DNA of 63,987 nucleotides, the filler included, from Barthelona sp. PAP020 (taxonomy: Eukaryota): assembly GCA_040182905.1 (NCBI GenBank). It is 12 parts of 12 records of this genome, joined end to end, with 100 filler letters (N's around TTAATTAATTAA, not from the genome) between each part and the next. Parts side by side here need not be neighbours in the genome. Positions count along the whole stretch, not along the records: positions 49,528 to 54,872 come from JARQWU010000613.1; positions 54,973 to 60,302 come from JARQWU010000614.1; positions 60,403 to 63,987 come from JARQWU010000729.1; 9 more parts are not named here. One strand, given 5' to 3'. The notes beneath the pieces are model-generated. The model saw only the letters and a list, made by a program, of their open reading frames with translations. It was not told the DNA's origin and made no database searches. Numbering within the stretch: position 1 is the stretch's first letter; each line of letters opens with the position of its first letter. A program made the position numbers and the translations under genes. Positions 52,039-63,048 of the stretch are shown piece by piece.

Positions 52039-54465
52039 TTAACCTCCATTTTTTGCTCTTTTAACTCTTCTGCGATTGAAAGGTAAATCTGCATTGATTT
52101 TTCTTTCTATTTTCTTGTCATTGTTCTCAAAAGACATGCTATTCCTAATTGAACGCCTTAATTGTTTCAAATTATGCTGTTGTATAGCTATAATTTGTTT
52201 TTGTCTGTTTTCTTCATTGTGCATAAACATGTCATCTTCTTTAGCCTCTACTTTTGAGACATTATTTACAAGATTTGGTTTGACTCCAATAGCTTTAGCT
52301 TTTTCGTTGATTTTAACATTGGGTGAATTTCTTGAGGGACTGTGTTTTGGTGAAATTTTTTCAATTGTTCCTTTTACACGTCTTCTATTTGCAAATTGAT
52401 CAAAATTTAATTCAGGGGTAGAAATGGGTGTCTTTAATCCTTCAGTAGCATGAATACTAGTCCTGGGTGGAGTTTTATTTATGTTCAATTTTTTTTTTGG
52501 TGTTGGTGTTTTCTCACTTTTTGGTAATTTACCACTCTTTCTTGTACTTCTTGATTTTTTACCGGGCGATTTCTTCTCAACTAGACTCAAAGGTGTATTA
52601 TCCCCAATGATGATTTCCAAAGGTTCTTTTAATTCTTGGTCAGACGCATATGAAGATTCAGAAAGATATTCTGATTCACTGCCCGTATCAAAATAACTAT
52701 CATCCTCAGAAGTTGAGAAGAGGTCATCATCTGAAAGTTCATTTTTATTTTCCTTTTTTGAACAGCAACAACCACAGCAACAAGTAATCACTATTCTTAC
52801 AACAACAAATAATGCTGTAAAAACGCAACAGATTTGAATTTTCAAAGAATTTATCTGCTCAATGAATAATTCTTTCGCTTCAGTTATCATATCTTTATCA
52901 ACGGCAGTCACACACCCATCATTTTGAAAGACAGCTTTTTCATCATTGCACACACATGATTGTGTCGTTGAATCATAATAGCTATTGTAAGGACATGAGT
53001 ATTTCAAAGATTTTTCATCAGTTGAAGGCTCTTCATCAATTTCCTCCGAGATGTCATCAAATGCGTCTTGTAAGTAAGCTGTGCTTGTGGTAACTGTACT
53101 TACAGTTACAAAAGGTGTTTCTGAGCAGTTTTTTGTGTTAGGTAGATAGTAAGGCTCAGTGGGAGGGCAATTGGGAAGGCATAGGTGTAGATCTTCATCA
53201 TATTTCAAGTTTGTTGAACATGGAGGAATACAAAAAGTCAATGTATCCAACTCCACTGTATAATAGCTGACTGGACAAGATTCACTATTTGATTCCAAGG
53301 CTACTGCAGTTTCATCAATAACAGGAATGGACTCACTGTCAAAGGATATCAATAAAACTTTCGTTTTAATGGAGTTTGTTATTTGTAAGGAACAATCGAC
53401 AGATTCATCATCATAACTACCAATTGAAAATGCAATGCTGTTTGTGCCGATTTCCAAATCTTTTTCAACTCTAATATCACTGGGACAACTGACAGTTTCA
53501 AAAACATAAGACAAAGTGTAATTTAGAGAATTGAACATTTTCAGAGAAACTATTAAGCCAGATGCATACAGATTGACGCGAAAATCCAAAATATCTGCTA
53601 TTGGGGTCTCCATTGTAATTTCAACACTGCTGGCATCAACGTATGCAACAATATTTAAAGCAATACTTTCTAAAGGCTCAATTAAGTAAGAAGACTCACA
53701 TTTTGTTTCATTATTCTCAATAACACTCACCTCATCCAAAATGTCGGTAATTAAAAAAGAATTCTTGATTAAATTGAATAGCCCAGGGTTATTCTTGTAA
53801 TAATCTACATATGTTTCTGTGGTTAACCCTAAAGCATATGGTGCATCCAATAATAATTCAGAATCAAGCAAAAAACTACAATTTCCTAAATAATAACTCG
53901 ATTTTGAATAATCAACAGAATTAGATTCTGTTTGCATGGATATTTCAACAGTAGTTTGAGTTTTTTTCGATGTCATCTTTTCTTCAAAGGATAAAGAATG
54001 TTGTTCTATTGAATCTTTCAATCTCATACTAATTAATATTCCACAAGATACTTTGCTGTCACCAATACTATGAATTTCTATGGGGAAAGTCTTTTTTAAA
54101 CACCTTGCTGTCTTTTGTGCACATACACAATTAGCTGGACAGTATCCTTCAGTTACTGTATATTCTATTTCTTCTTGTTCATATAAAGTATCATATAATG
54201 TTAAAGGATAACTAATTCTTGATTCTGATGTTGCAATACCAATTTGTATTGCAGGATCAAATGAATATTTTATTCCAACTGAATCTACTACTTCTTTTAT
54301 AGTAAATATTTCTTCTATTGTTGCATCAGATATTGTTAAATCAATCTCAAATTTCAATCGAGATGGAGTTTTTGTGGGTCCTTGACTTATAACTGAGGAA
54401 ACTATCGAACATTTTGTTACTATGAAAAATATTAACAATAAACAACTTAATTTAATAAATTTCAT
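52039..54465 (-). CDS. HAP2: Divergent HAP2/GCS1-like class II fusogen
   Basis: Signal peptide, ISYPLTLY, C..CVC..TARCL, ALGLTTETY (ij-loop-like), VDASSVEI, Ig-like domain III (FNS..SY..SC; CSLQITNS), Cys-rich stem, TM helix followed by CCCGCCC, long basic tail. Confidence 0.55.
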   Translation of the reverse strand: MKFIKLSCLLLIFFIVTKCSIVSSVISQGPTKTPSRLKFEIDLTISDATIEEIFTIKEVVDSVGIKYSFDPAIQIGIATSESRISYPLTLYDTLYEQEEIEYTVTEGYCPANCVCAQKTARCLKKTFPIEIHSIGDSKVSCGILISMRLKDSIEQHSLSFEEKMTSKKTQTTVEISMQTESNSVDYSKSSYYLGNCSFLLDSELLLDAPYALGLTTETYVDYYKNNPGLFNLIKNSFLITDILDEVSVIENNETKCESSYLIEPLESIALNIVAYVDASSVEITMETPIADILDFRVNLYASGLIVSLKMFNSLNYTLSYVFETVSCPSDIRVEKDLEIGTNSIAFSIGSYDDESVDCSLQITNSIKTKVLLISFDSESIPVIDETAVALESNSESCPVSYYTVELDTLTFCIPPCSTNLKYDEDLHLCLPNCPPTEPYYLPNTKNCSETPFVTVSTVTTSTAYLQDAFDDISEEIDEEPSTDEKSLKYSCPYNSYYDSTTQSCVCNDEKAVFQNDGCVTAVDKDMITEAKELFIEQINSLKIQICCVFTALFVVVRIVITCCCGCCCSKKENKNELSDDDLFSTSEDDSYFDTGSESEYLSESSYASDQELKEPLEIIIGDNTPLSLVEKKSPGKKSRSTRKSGKLPKSEKTPTPKKKLNINKTPPRTSIHATEGLKTPISTPELNFDQFANRRRVKGTIEKISPKHSPSRNSPNVKINEKAKAIGVKPNLVNNVSKVEAKEDDMFMHNEENRQKQIIAIQQHNLKQLRRSIRNSMSFENNDKKIERKINADLPFNRRRVKRAKNGG

Positions 54466-54670
54466 TAAATTTCTTATTCAACATACATTATTTCACAAAT
54501 TATTATTAGATATCTTAATGAAAATTGTTGCGCTTTTTTTTTCGACTTCTTTTGTTCTGAATTGGTGAAAATTTCATCTGAATTTAATTAAGATTTATCC
54601 TATTTATTAAAATAAAAAATCAATGGAAAAATAGCTCGTTTCTTTTACAACAATTTTAATATATCATATA

Positions 54671-54872
54671 TCACAACTTTCTCAAGCCTAAAAAACCCTC
54701 AATATGTTTATTGGAAGGACTAGTACATACAATAGAGATTCTAGCTCTGGGTGGCAACGCCAAGAAATCAATAAGTGTTAATCCAGCAATGTTACCTTCA
54801 TTACCACTTGAAACATCTCCAATTCTTCCACTAGAATGGTGTACAACATAAGAAGCATTATTTATAGCACTT
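54671..54872 (-). CDS. C-terminal fragment of an uncharacterised protein
   Basis: Frame open from the linker: SAINNASYVVHHSSGR..GLTLIDFLALPPRARISI..EGFLGLRKL*; beta-rich and coding-like. Confidence 0.6.
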
Positions 54873-54972
54873 NNNNNNNNNNNNNNNNNNNNNNNNNNNN
54901 NNNNNNNNNNNNNNNNTTAATTAATTAANNNNNNNNNNNNNNNNNNNNNNNNNNNNNNNNNNNNNNNNNNNN

Positions 54973-55209
54973 CCAAAGGAACTTATTGATGTGTTCCCAA
55001 TTATTCATTTTAGACCTGTTGCAAATCGTGAAATTCCTTCTTCTGGTATTTACAATTGTCCTTGTTATAAAACTTTGACACGTGCTGGGACTTTATCCAC
55101 AACAGGTCATTCTACTAACTTCGTCGTCAAAATCGAAGTTCCTTCCAACAAACCAGAAAAATATTGGATCAAACGTGGTGTTGCACTCATTTGTGCTTTA
55201 CGTTATTAG
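54973..55209 (+). CDS. Axonemal (inner-arm type) dynein heavy chain, C-terminal fragment
   Basis: YNCPCYKTLTRAGTLSTTGHSTNFV..YWIKRGVALIC. Confidence 0.93.
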   Translation, partial: PKELIDVFPIIHFRPVANREIPSSGIYNCPCYKTLTRAGTLSTTGHSTNFVVKIEVPSNKPEKYWIKRGVALICALRY

Positions 55210-55438
55210 TGTATTAAATTTGATCTGTTTTTATTTCTTTTAGCCATAAATGTTGTGTTTTTTATTTTTGTTTTTTTTTGTTTTCATTTTTTGATTGAAA
55301 ATGTCTTCACATTTATTTTTTTTTAATATTTATGCATTTAATTGCACAATTTATCAGTTTGAAATAAAAAGATGACTTGAGGGAAATAGTTCTTGAAAAA
55401 ATATTTTTTGTTTAGTTTACATCCATTCACTATTGCAA

Positions 55439-56453
55439 ATGCGGATTGTTACTACTTTGGATGAGTTGATTACCAAATTAACATCAAGTCATCAAAAAGA
55501 AGGAACACAAAACGTCGATATTACTGAACAAGAAATTAAGGCTTTAATAGAAGAAAGTAGAGTTATTTTTCAACAACAGCCTACATTATTGAGAATTGCA
55601 CCACCATTATATATTTGCGGTATTTTTTTTATATTTTTTTATTTTTAATCTAACTTATTTGATAGGAGATTTGCATGGACAATACTCAGATTTATTAAGA
55701 ATATTTGATTATGGTGGATATCCACCAGATGCCAATTATTTATTTTTAGGGGATTATGTTGATAGAGGTCCACAATCATTAGAAGTTATATGTTTATTAT
55801 TGGCTTATAAAATTAAATATCCTGAAAACTTCTTTGTTTTACGTGGAAATCATGAAAGTCAAGGAATAAATAGAATGTATGGATTTTATGATGAGTTAAA
55901 GAAAAGATTTAAAAACGGACACAAATTATGGCGTTCTTTTGGACAGTTGTTTAATTTCCTACCTATTGCAGCCACTGTAGATGATCGAATTTTTTGTGTA
56001 CATGGAGGTATTGGACCTGATGTTCATTCGTTGGACCAAATTGCCAGATTAACCAGACCTACTGAATTACCTTCTGATGGATTATTATGCGATTTAGTCT
56101 GGGCTGACCCTGATGAAAGTATTGATGAATTTGGTCCAAGCACACGAGGCATTTCAGTATCTTTTGGGAAAAAAGCCATTGATCGGTTTTTACACAATAA
56201 TGATATTGATCTTATCTGTAGAGCTCACCAAGTACGTGAAAGAGGTTATGATTTCTATAAAGGAGAGAGGAAGTTAGTTACAATATTTAGTGCCAGCAAT
56301 TACTTGAATGAATGCAACAATTGTGGTGCCATAATGTTTGTTGACGATAGTTTAGTTTGTTCTTTCAAACAATTAAGACCAAAAGTTGCTGCAGTGTATA
56401 ATAATCGACCTACAACCCCAATTAACACTGCTCTTTTGACCGAATATGATTAG
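55439..56453 (+). CDS. PP1-type Ser/Thr phosphatase catalytic subunit, one intron
   Basis: YICG|DLHGQ is joined across a 46-nt intron at 55620-55665 (GTATTT..CTAACTTATTTGATAG). GDYVDRG, RGNHE, HGG, CRAHQV, C-terminal RPTTP. Confidence 0.92.
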
Positions 56454-56779
56454 AAGTAAAAATTAGCTTTTTTTTTTTTAATTATGCCAGTGAGTGGCTA
56501 AAAAAGAATAAAAATAGTTTGTTGTAGTTTATTTGGAGGTCGAAAGAACAAATGAAATGAATTTTTTTTGTTCATCTTTTGAATCAGTAATTTTCGCCAC
56601 TTGTTCAAATAGGAAAAACTCTTTTTTTTACACAAGCTTACAACTATTGATTTCAAAAACTTATCTGATATGCATAATATTATAATAAAAATAAAAATTT
56701 TAAATTGAAATTTTTTTTAATTATATCGAATATTTATTGTAATTATTGTAATTATTTTTAAAATTGATTAATCAAATTA

Positions 56780-58876
56780 ATGAATGCCTACGAAAATAAT
56801 CATTATGAAGATATGAATGTTGATACTCAAGGAATTCCTTTATATTACAATAATAACTATTATAATGATAATAATTTTGATGTTAATTCAGAAGTTTCGT
56901 CTATATTATCTGCCAATGACGAATTTGATCAACAATTTTCTGAAGATTTTGAAAAGCTAAATTCATGGAATCCAATACCGCCCCAATCTCACAATAACTT
57001 TTTAAAACGACAAGATCAATTTGTAATTGAGAAGGAAGAGAATTTAAAACAATTAAAAAAGGATTTAGCTTCCAAAGAAGAACATTATTCTTTCAAACCA
57101 AAAATTAATAAGTTAAGTAATGAAATTGAACGACGATCTGTTGAAGATATTGAGTATTGGGATCGTCAAAAGGAGCTTACGTTAAAGCAAAAGAGGAAAG
57201 TCAAAGAGGAGCATGAAAAATTATTTATATACAATAATCACCAACCTCAGATTAATGACACTTCAAGGAGATTAGCCGAGAGGTCAATACATAGTGAGAG
57301 TGTTGTTGAACGATTGTCGAAACCGAAAGATTCAAAAACTAGAAGAAGTAATGAACAAACTGAACCTAAAATTAACGAAGAAAGAAAACAACAAGCTATG
57401 TTACATGCCCATAAATTATATGAGTTGGGTAAAGAGCGTGTTTCTCAACCCAGTGATCTGCAATCAAGAAATCAAACTCATTATCACTATACATCGAAAG
57501 AGCTGGAATATGATCGTGTACGAAGGAAGAAAGAAGCTCATGAACGATTATTTAATGATAGCAAGCGCAGAATTCAAAAACAAAAACGTCGAGAAGAACA
57601 CCAAATGAAAAAAACAAAAAAGTTGAGCGAAAAGTCTAAAATGAATATTAAATCTCAGCAATTACTTAAAAGAGATCGATTATATGGTCTAACAAACAAT
57701 TTTAATGATAAAGATGTGGCAGAACGCTTGTATTCATTATCTAAAAGAAAAAAAGTTAAAAAAATCCCTATGCGAGAAGAGCCACCTAAATTAATGCCTA
57801 GCATCGATGAATACAGTCGAGAAAAAGATCGGAGCTTGGGATTACCCCAAGGACCAATTGAACGAGCGAACTATTTGTATGAACAAGGGAAAAAACGCGC
57901 TTTAGACAAACAAAGAAAGAGATGGGAAAAAGAAAAAGAAGAAAAAGAAGAAGCTATACGTATTGCCAATCAATCTCATATTACCGCTGAATCTCAAGAA
58001 ATTTTGGAGAACAGCTTTGCCAAAACATCAGTTTCTTTTGTTGAAAGACAAGAGAATTGGCTCAAAAACCATGATAGAAATTTGGTTAATTTGCAAAAAA
58101 AGTCTGAATTGGATGATCAATACCCTTTTACTCCAAAAATTAATGATTTTTCAAAAGCCTTGCAGAAACGTACACCTGCGTATTCTGTTACATCTGAGAA
58201 TTCTGATATGCGTTTAAATGATGATGAATATTGGGGATGGGATGATCCAACTGGTAATATTGAGAAATCAAATGACTACTGGAAAGAGGAGAAAGATGAA
58301 GTTGACATTGACATTGAGGATAATGATAAGGTTGAACCTGAAGTGAAATCGGTTCGATCAAAATTTGCTGAAATTAACTCATTCCACACACCCCCCAGAA
58401 GAACAACAACTCTTCGTAGTGTAAAGCGTTCATTTGACAAGCCTAAACCTAATTTGATTCATAGTGCCATTTTGAGTGCTAAACCTATGAACGAAAGGGT
58501 TGAAAAAGCTAATATTCCTGTACTTTCACACAAATCCAAAAATCAAGAACAACCTACAAAGTCACTGAGAATTTATGAGTTTGACAACTCTTCAGACTCA
58601 GACATTGAATTGGAATCAAAAGATCAGCAAATCAATATTGATATGCTTGATGATGAACAAGAAATATCAACATTAATTCAAGCAGAATATGATGATGAGA
58701 TAATAATTGAGAATGAATCTGATAAAGAAGGATTGGAAGCTTCTTTTCAAGATAATTCCTTCAGACAAAGAGTTGTTTCTGTTTTAAAACAACAAGAAAA
58801 TTCAAGTCCTTTAGCAAAACACTTGTGGTTTGAACAAATAAAAAAAAATATAAAAATAAAGACAAACAATTGCTGA
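56780..58876 (+). CDS. Hypothetical charged coiled-coil protein with repeated FxPKIN motifs
   Basis: YSFKPKINKLS, QPQINDTS and YPFTPKINDFS, plus ERL/KLY motifs; 698-aa frame. Confidence 0.6.
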   Translation: MNAYENNHYEDMNVDTQGIPLYYNNNYYNDNNFDVNSEVSSILSANDEFDQQFSEDFEKLNSWNPIPPQSHNNFLKRQDQFVIEKEENLKQLKKDLASKEEHYSFKPKINKLSNEIERRSVEDIEYWDRQKELTLKQKRKVKEEHEKLFIYNNHQPQINDTSRRLAERSIHSESVVERLSKPKDSKTRRSNEQTEPKINEERKQQAMLHAHKLYELGKERVSQPSDLQSRNQTHYHYTSKELEYDRVRRKKEAHERLFNDSKRRIQKQKRREEHQMKKTKKLSEKSKMNIKSQQLLKRDRLYGLTNNFNDKDVAERLYSLSKRKKVKKIPMREEPPKLMPSIDEYSREKDRSLGLPQGPIERANYLYEQGKKRALDKQRKRWEKEKEEKEEAIRIANQSHITAESQEILENSFAKTSVSFVERQENWLKNHDRNLVNLQKKSELDDQYPFTPKINDFSKALQKRTPAYSVTSENSDMRLNDDEYWGWDDPTGNIEKSNDYWKEEKDEVDIDIEDNDKVEPEVKSVRSKFAEINSFHTPPRRTTTLRSVKRSFDKPKPNLIHSAILSAKPMNERVEKANIPVLSHKSKNQEQPTKSLRIYEFDNSSDSDIELESKDQQINIDMLDDEQEISTLIQAEYDDEIIIENESDKEGLEASFQDNSFRQRVVSVLKQQENSSPLAKHLWFEQIKKNIKIKTNNC

Positions 58877-60402
58877 ACACTTTGTAAAAATATTTTTCCT
58901 TTATTTTTCCTTTTATTGTTGAGTAGAATCTTCGAAGAAATGCAATTTAATTTCACAAAAAGACAATATGTTTATCTGATGATTTCATTTGCAATTTCCA
59001 ATTTTAGTGGGTATCTACCCAAATTGAGAGGCTCAACAATAATACAAAATTATAATACTTGTACGAATAATGATACAAACACATATAGTTGACAACAATG
59101 AATTTTGGAGAATTTTTTCAAAGAAAAGATATATGAACCATTGAAATTGACTTAGGAGAAAGGAGAAAAGGATAAAATCCTTTTATTCAATTGATTAGTT
59201 CATGCAAACCTGAAGACTATTGCAAAAATCCAAAAATGGACTACATTTTTCAATGGATGGATATTGCCTCAAGTTGTTTCTTTCATCATCCTTTAAAAAA
59301 GAATTGTATGAAAAAGAATATAACCATTTTCAACAAATAGAAAACCTTGAAAGAGCACAAAAATCTTTGTGCAATTCCAAGTGTTTACTTCTCTTTGTTA
59401 TTTCAAGGAAATTTTTACAATAAATTTTGAACCACTTATATTCAACAGGTAGGAGTTGAGGTTGAGATTTGTGGTTCAATGAGTATAATTTTGCGAAGCA
59501 AAAATTGAGAATTGTTCGTAGCAGACGGATTTCACAGAAAAGACAATACAGATGTGTTTAAGGTTTCTTCTTGCAATTTCTGATATTGATGGATATCAAA
59601 ATTGAAACTGAAATGACAGCAAAGAATCAAATGATTCATGAGAAGAAGGATACAACTGTACACAGTAGGTTAGGTTAGCAAGGAATTACAAGGTTTCTTG
59701 AAGGAAATCCATACAAGAACAATCAAAATTTATTGATAAGAAGGGAAAAGATAATTAAACTTTTATTCAGATAATCGCCCCATCCACACCTAGAGTTTTT
59801 CTTTTTCTTTTTCAGAGTGTTCTGAACCATCCACCCAAAACGACTCAGTTACAAGTACCCCCAAACTCTAACCGAGAACAATAAAGGTCTTCATAAGCAT
59901 TCATTATTATTGTCGTGTAAATTGACAAACACCAACTGGTCAACCTTCTCATCCTATAATCCTTGTAAAAGCTTTTATAATCATTTTCTGTTTTGCTTCA
60001 TGAAACCCTTTCATCCAAATTAATTTGGCAACAACAAAAATTTCACCGAAAGAAGACGCAAAGGAAGAACTAACCAAAATACTCCTGCATATAAAGCTAA
60101 TAATCCCAAAAGAATTAAAATTTTAAATCTGGAAAAGAGGAGATCAAAACAATAAGAATTTTATTTTCTAAAGGACCGCACCTCTTAACAATTATGAGTT
60201 TTTTTTTTTTTTCCAGACTCAAAGAATTCTGAATCGGTTGACCAAAACAGCAAAGATACCATGGAGTAATTTCCCCAACCCCAGTTAGTAAATATAAATT
60301 AANNNNNNNNNNNNNNNNNNNNNNNNNNNNNNNNNNNNNNNNNNNNTTAATTAATTAANNNNNNNNNNNNNNNNNNNNNNNNNNNNNNNNNNNNNNNNNN
60401 NN

Positions 60403-61980
60403 ATTCGTCATTATAGAATTCTACAGGACTTTCCTTTTACTTCTGAACGCAAACGTATGGGAATCATCCTGCAACATGTTGAAACTGGTGAGATAACCTT
60501 CTTTGTAAAAGGAGCTGATTCAGTGATGGCTAAAATTGTGAGTGATCAGTCTGAATGGTATGACAGATTGGATGAAGAAGTTTCTAATATGGCAAGAGAC
60601 GGGTTAAGAACCCTTGTGTTTGCCCAAAAAAGTTTAACGCAAGTTAGTTTTGATAATTTCATCAAGCAATTTAATGCAGCTAAATGTGAAATTATCAACA
60701 GGCAATCACGTGTTGATGCAATATTGGGACGTCTTGAAATTAACCTTGACTTATTAGCTGTTACTGGTGTTGAAGATCGTCTTCAAAAAGAAGTACACAC
60801 TTCTTTAGAACGTTTTAATGCGGCAGGTATTCGTTGTTGGATGTTGACTGGTGATAAGATTGAGACTGCAAAATGCATCGCTCGTTCGGCACGTCTTGTC
60901 AGACGTAATCAGGAATTTTATTCTCTAGTTGCTGCCAATAAACAAGATGCTATTAATAAATTGAGAAAATACACTCCAACCCGAGAAAACCATCGTAATT
61001 CTGCTTTAATCATAGATGGTGATACAATTCGAATGCTGATGCCTCAATATAATAAATTGTTCTCCACAAAAGCTGCTAATGCCCCGTGTGTTGTGGCTTG
61101 TCGTTGTTCACCCACACAAAAGGCAGACATAGTCCAAATGATGAAAGATTTCACTGGAAAACCAGTTGCAGCCATTGGTGATGGTGGTAACGATGTTGGA
61201 ATGATTCAAACAGCAGACATTGGTTTTGGTATTGAAGGAAAAGAAGGAAAACAAGCATCAATGGCTGCTGATTATTCAATCACACAATTTTCTCATTCTG
61301 TTCGATTGGTTTTGTGGCATGGTAGAAATGCCTGCCGTTCTGGATCTATTATGGTCCAATTCATCGTTCATCGTGGGTTATTGATATCATTCATTCAGAC
61401 ATTATATTCCTTTGTCTATTACTATGCTGCAGCGTCTATCTATGACGGTACTTTATTATTCTGTTATTCAACAGTATATACAGTTTTGCCTGTCATGGCC
61501 CTTCTTTTTGATGAAGACTTCACAGATGATATTGTCATGCAGTTCCCTCAATTGTATTGTGAAAGAAGTAGCCCAAGAAGGGGAAGATTATTGAACACCA
61601 AAGCTTTTTTTGTTTGGTTCTTACAAGCTATTTTCCAGGCTACTATCATTTTTTATCTGGGAATTTTCAGTTACAATCATGATTACAACAAGATTGTTAC
61701 CTTGTCATTTACAGTTTTGATTCTTACTGAATTAGCAAATGTAATTATTGTCATGCATCGTTGGAATAAATGGATGTTTTTCAGTGAAGCGTTAAGCTTG
61801 ATTGTGTACATCTTGTCCTTAATGTTTATGAGAAGTATCTTTGATATGTCGTACATTATTACCATTGACTTTGCTTTCCAGACTTTGCTTGCATTTGTTT
61901 TGAGTTTTGGACCTCCAGCTGCAGGAAAAATTATGCAAAGAATTTGCAATACCCCTACTTACGTGAAAATAGCCCCTTAA
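60403..61980 (+). CDS. P4-ATPase phospholipid flippase (ATP9/Neo1 class), 5'-truncated
   Basis: FPFTSERKRMGII, MLTGDKIETA, CRCSPTQKA, AIGDGGNDV, GKEGKQASMAADYSITQF, C-terminal TM helices. Confidence 0.93.
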   Translation: MRHYRILQDFPFTSERKRMGIILQHVETGEITFFVKGADSVMAKIVSDQSEWYDRLDEEVSNMARDGLRTLVFAQKSLTQVSFDNFIKQFNAAKCEIINRQSRVDAILGRLEINLDLLAVTGVEDRLQKEVHTSLERFNAAGIRCWMLTGDKIETAKCIARSARLVRRNQEFYSLVAANKQDAINKLRKYTPTRENHRNSALIIDGDTIRMLMPQYNKLFSTKAANAPCVVACRCSPTQKADIVQMMKDFTGKPVAAIGDGGNDVGMIQTADIGFGIEGKEGKQASMAADYSITQFSHSVRLVLWHGRNACRSGSIMVQFIVHRGLLISFIQTLYSFVYYYAAASIYDGTLLFCYSTVYTVLPVMALLFDEDFTDDIVMQFPQLYCERSSPRRGRLLNTKAFFVWFLQAIFQATIIFYLGIFSYNHDYNKIVTLSFTVLILTELANVIIVMHRWNKWMFFSEALSLIVYILSLMFMRSIFDMSYIITIDFAFQTLLAFVLSFGPPAAGKIMQRICNTPTYVKIAP

Positions 61981-62439
61981 TCACAATCAAATTGTTTGTG
62001 TTGTTGATGTTTTTTCAATTGATTTTATAAATTTATTTAGATTTTTCTTTTTGCAGAATTTTGTTGTTGACAGAATCATTAAATTTTGTTCTTCGATTTC
62101 CTTTGGTCAAACTTATCAATTTTGAAATACCATCTCGATTATTTGTTTTTTTATTTCTGTTTATTTGAAAAATTTTTGATTCTTTTTTTATACAAATGAA
62201 TCAATCTATTTTTCAATAAAAAATATTTCATTTTCACATAATTCACAAAATTTGCTTTTATTAACATAAATTTTTCACCCATGGAATTATTCTTTGAATT
62301 TAAACAGTAAATTAAAATTATCAAGAAAGCCTAAACAAAATTGCAGATTTCCTTTCAATATTTCTGTCACCTTTTTCTTTTACGAATGTTTCCCTTCCAA
62401 AAAATACAAGGATCCAAAGAACTATATCGATGCTTAACG

Positions 62440-63048
62440 AAAAAAAAGAACTGTTGTTGAAAAGTTAGATGATGAGATCTTCATGAAATTGGAGAAATTT
62501 ATCAAATTTTGCGATTTTAATTTTTCTGGAAAAGAATTTGTTGTGATGGAAAATATAATTGCAACAGGAAAAGGTCGCTATTTACAACTGGCCAAAAGAT
62601 ATAAAAAAAGTTGTCGTTGTGAAGTTTTTCACCAGAAAAATTGAGGAAGACGAATTTATACGAGAATGCTTTCCCATGGTTATAGACCATCCTTTTATTC
62701 GACAAGTTTTTGGAATAACAGTGTTAATATCAGCCCTTTGCTTCCGTTAGCAATGATTGATGTTCAAAGTTGTTTTCATTGAAGACCTACGAAGAACTTT
62801 ACACCTGGAACCATGATGGAAATTGTGTTGGAGCAAAAAACTTTTCATCTGATAGCTGATAGTACTTATTGGTTAAGTGGTGATAGCAGCGGCACAATTT
62901 GAGTTATTAATGTTGGAACTAGACAAATTTCAGAGTTTACAGGGTTCATATGTGCGATGGCACTTAATCAGGATTGAACTCGGTTATTATGTGGTGGTGG
63001 TTGGTATGGCTCTGGAAGTATACACGTTCAAGAATTTGTTAGAGAATG
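62440..63048 (+). pseudogene. Internally deleted pseudogene of the kinase-WD40(B) gene family
   Basis: DDEIFMKLEKF..VVVKFF..EFIRECFPMVIDHPFIRQVFGIT (kinase N-lobe of 6903-9008) is joined directly to FASVSND*CSKLFS..EELYTWNHD..NFSSD..MALNQD*TRLLC..HVQEF (last WD repeats), with stops and frameshifts. Confidence 0.85.

Noticed and set aside
5463..60402. Regularly spaced TTAATTAATTAA palindromes as a biological repeat or CRISPR-like array
   Set aside because: They always sit inside N44 padding and truncate genes, so they are scaffolding linkers. Cross-linker gene order was therefore not read as a cluster.
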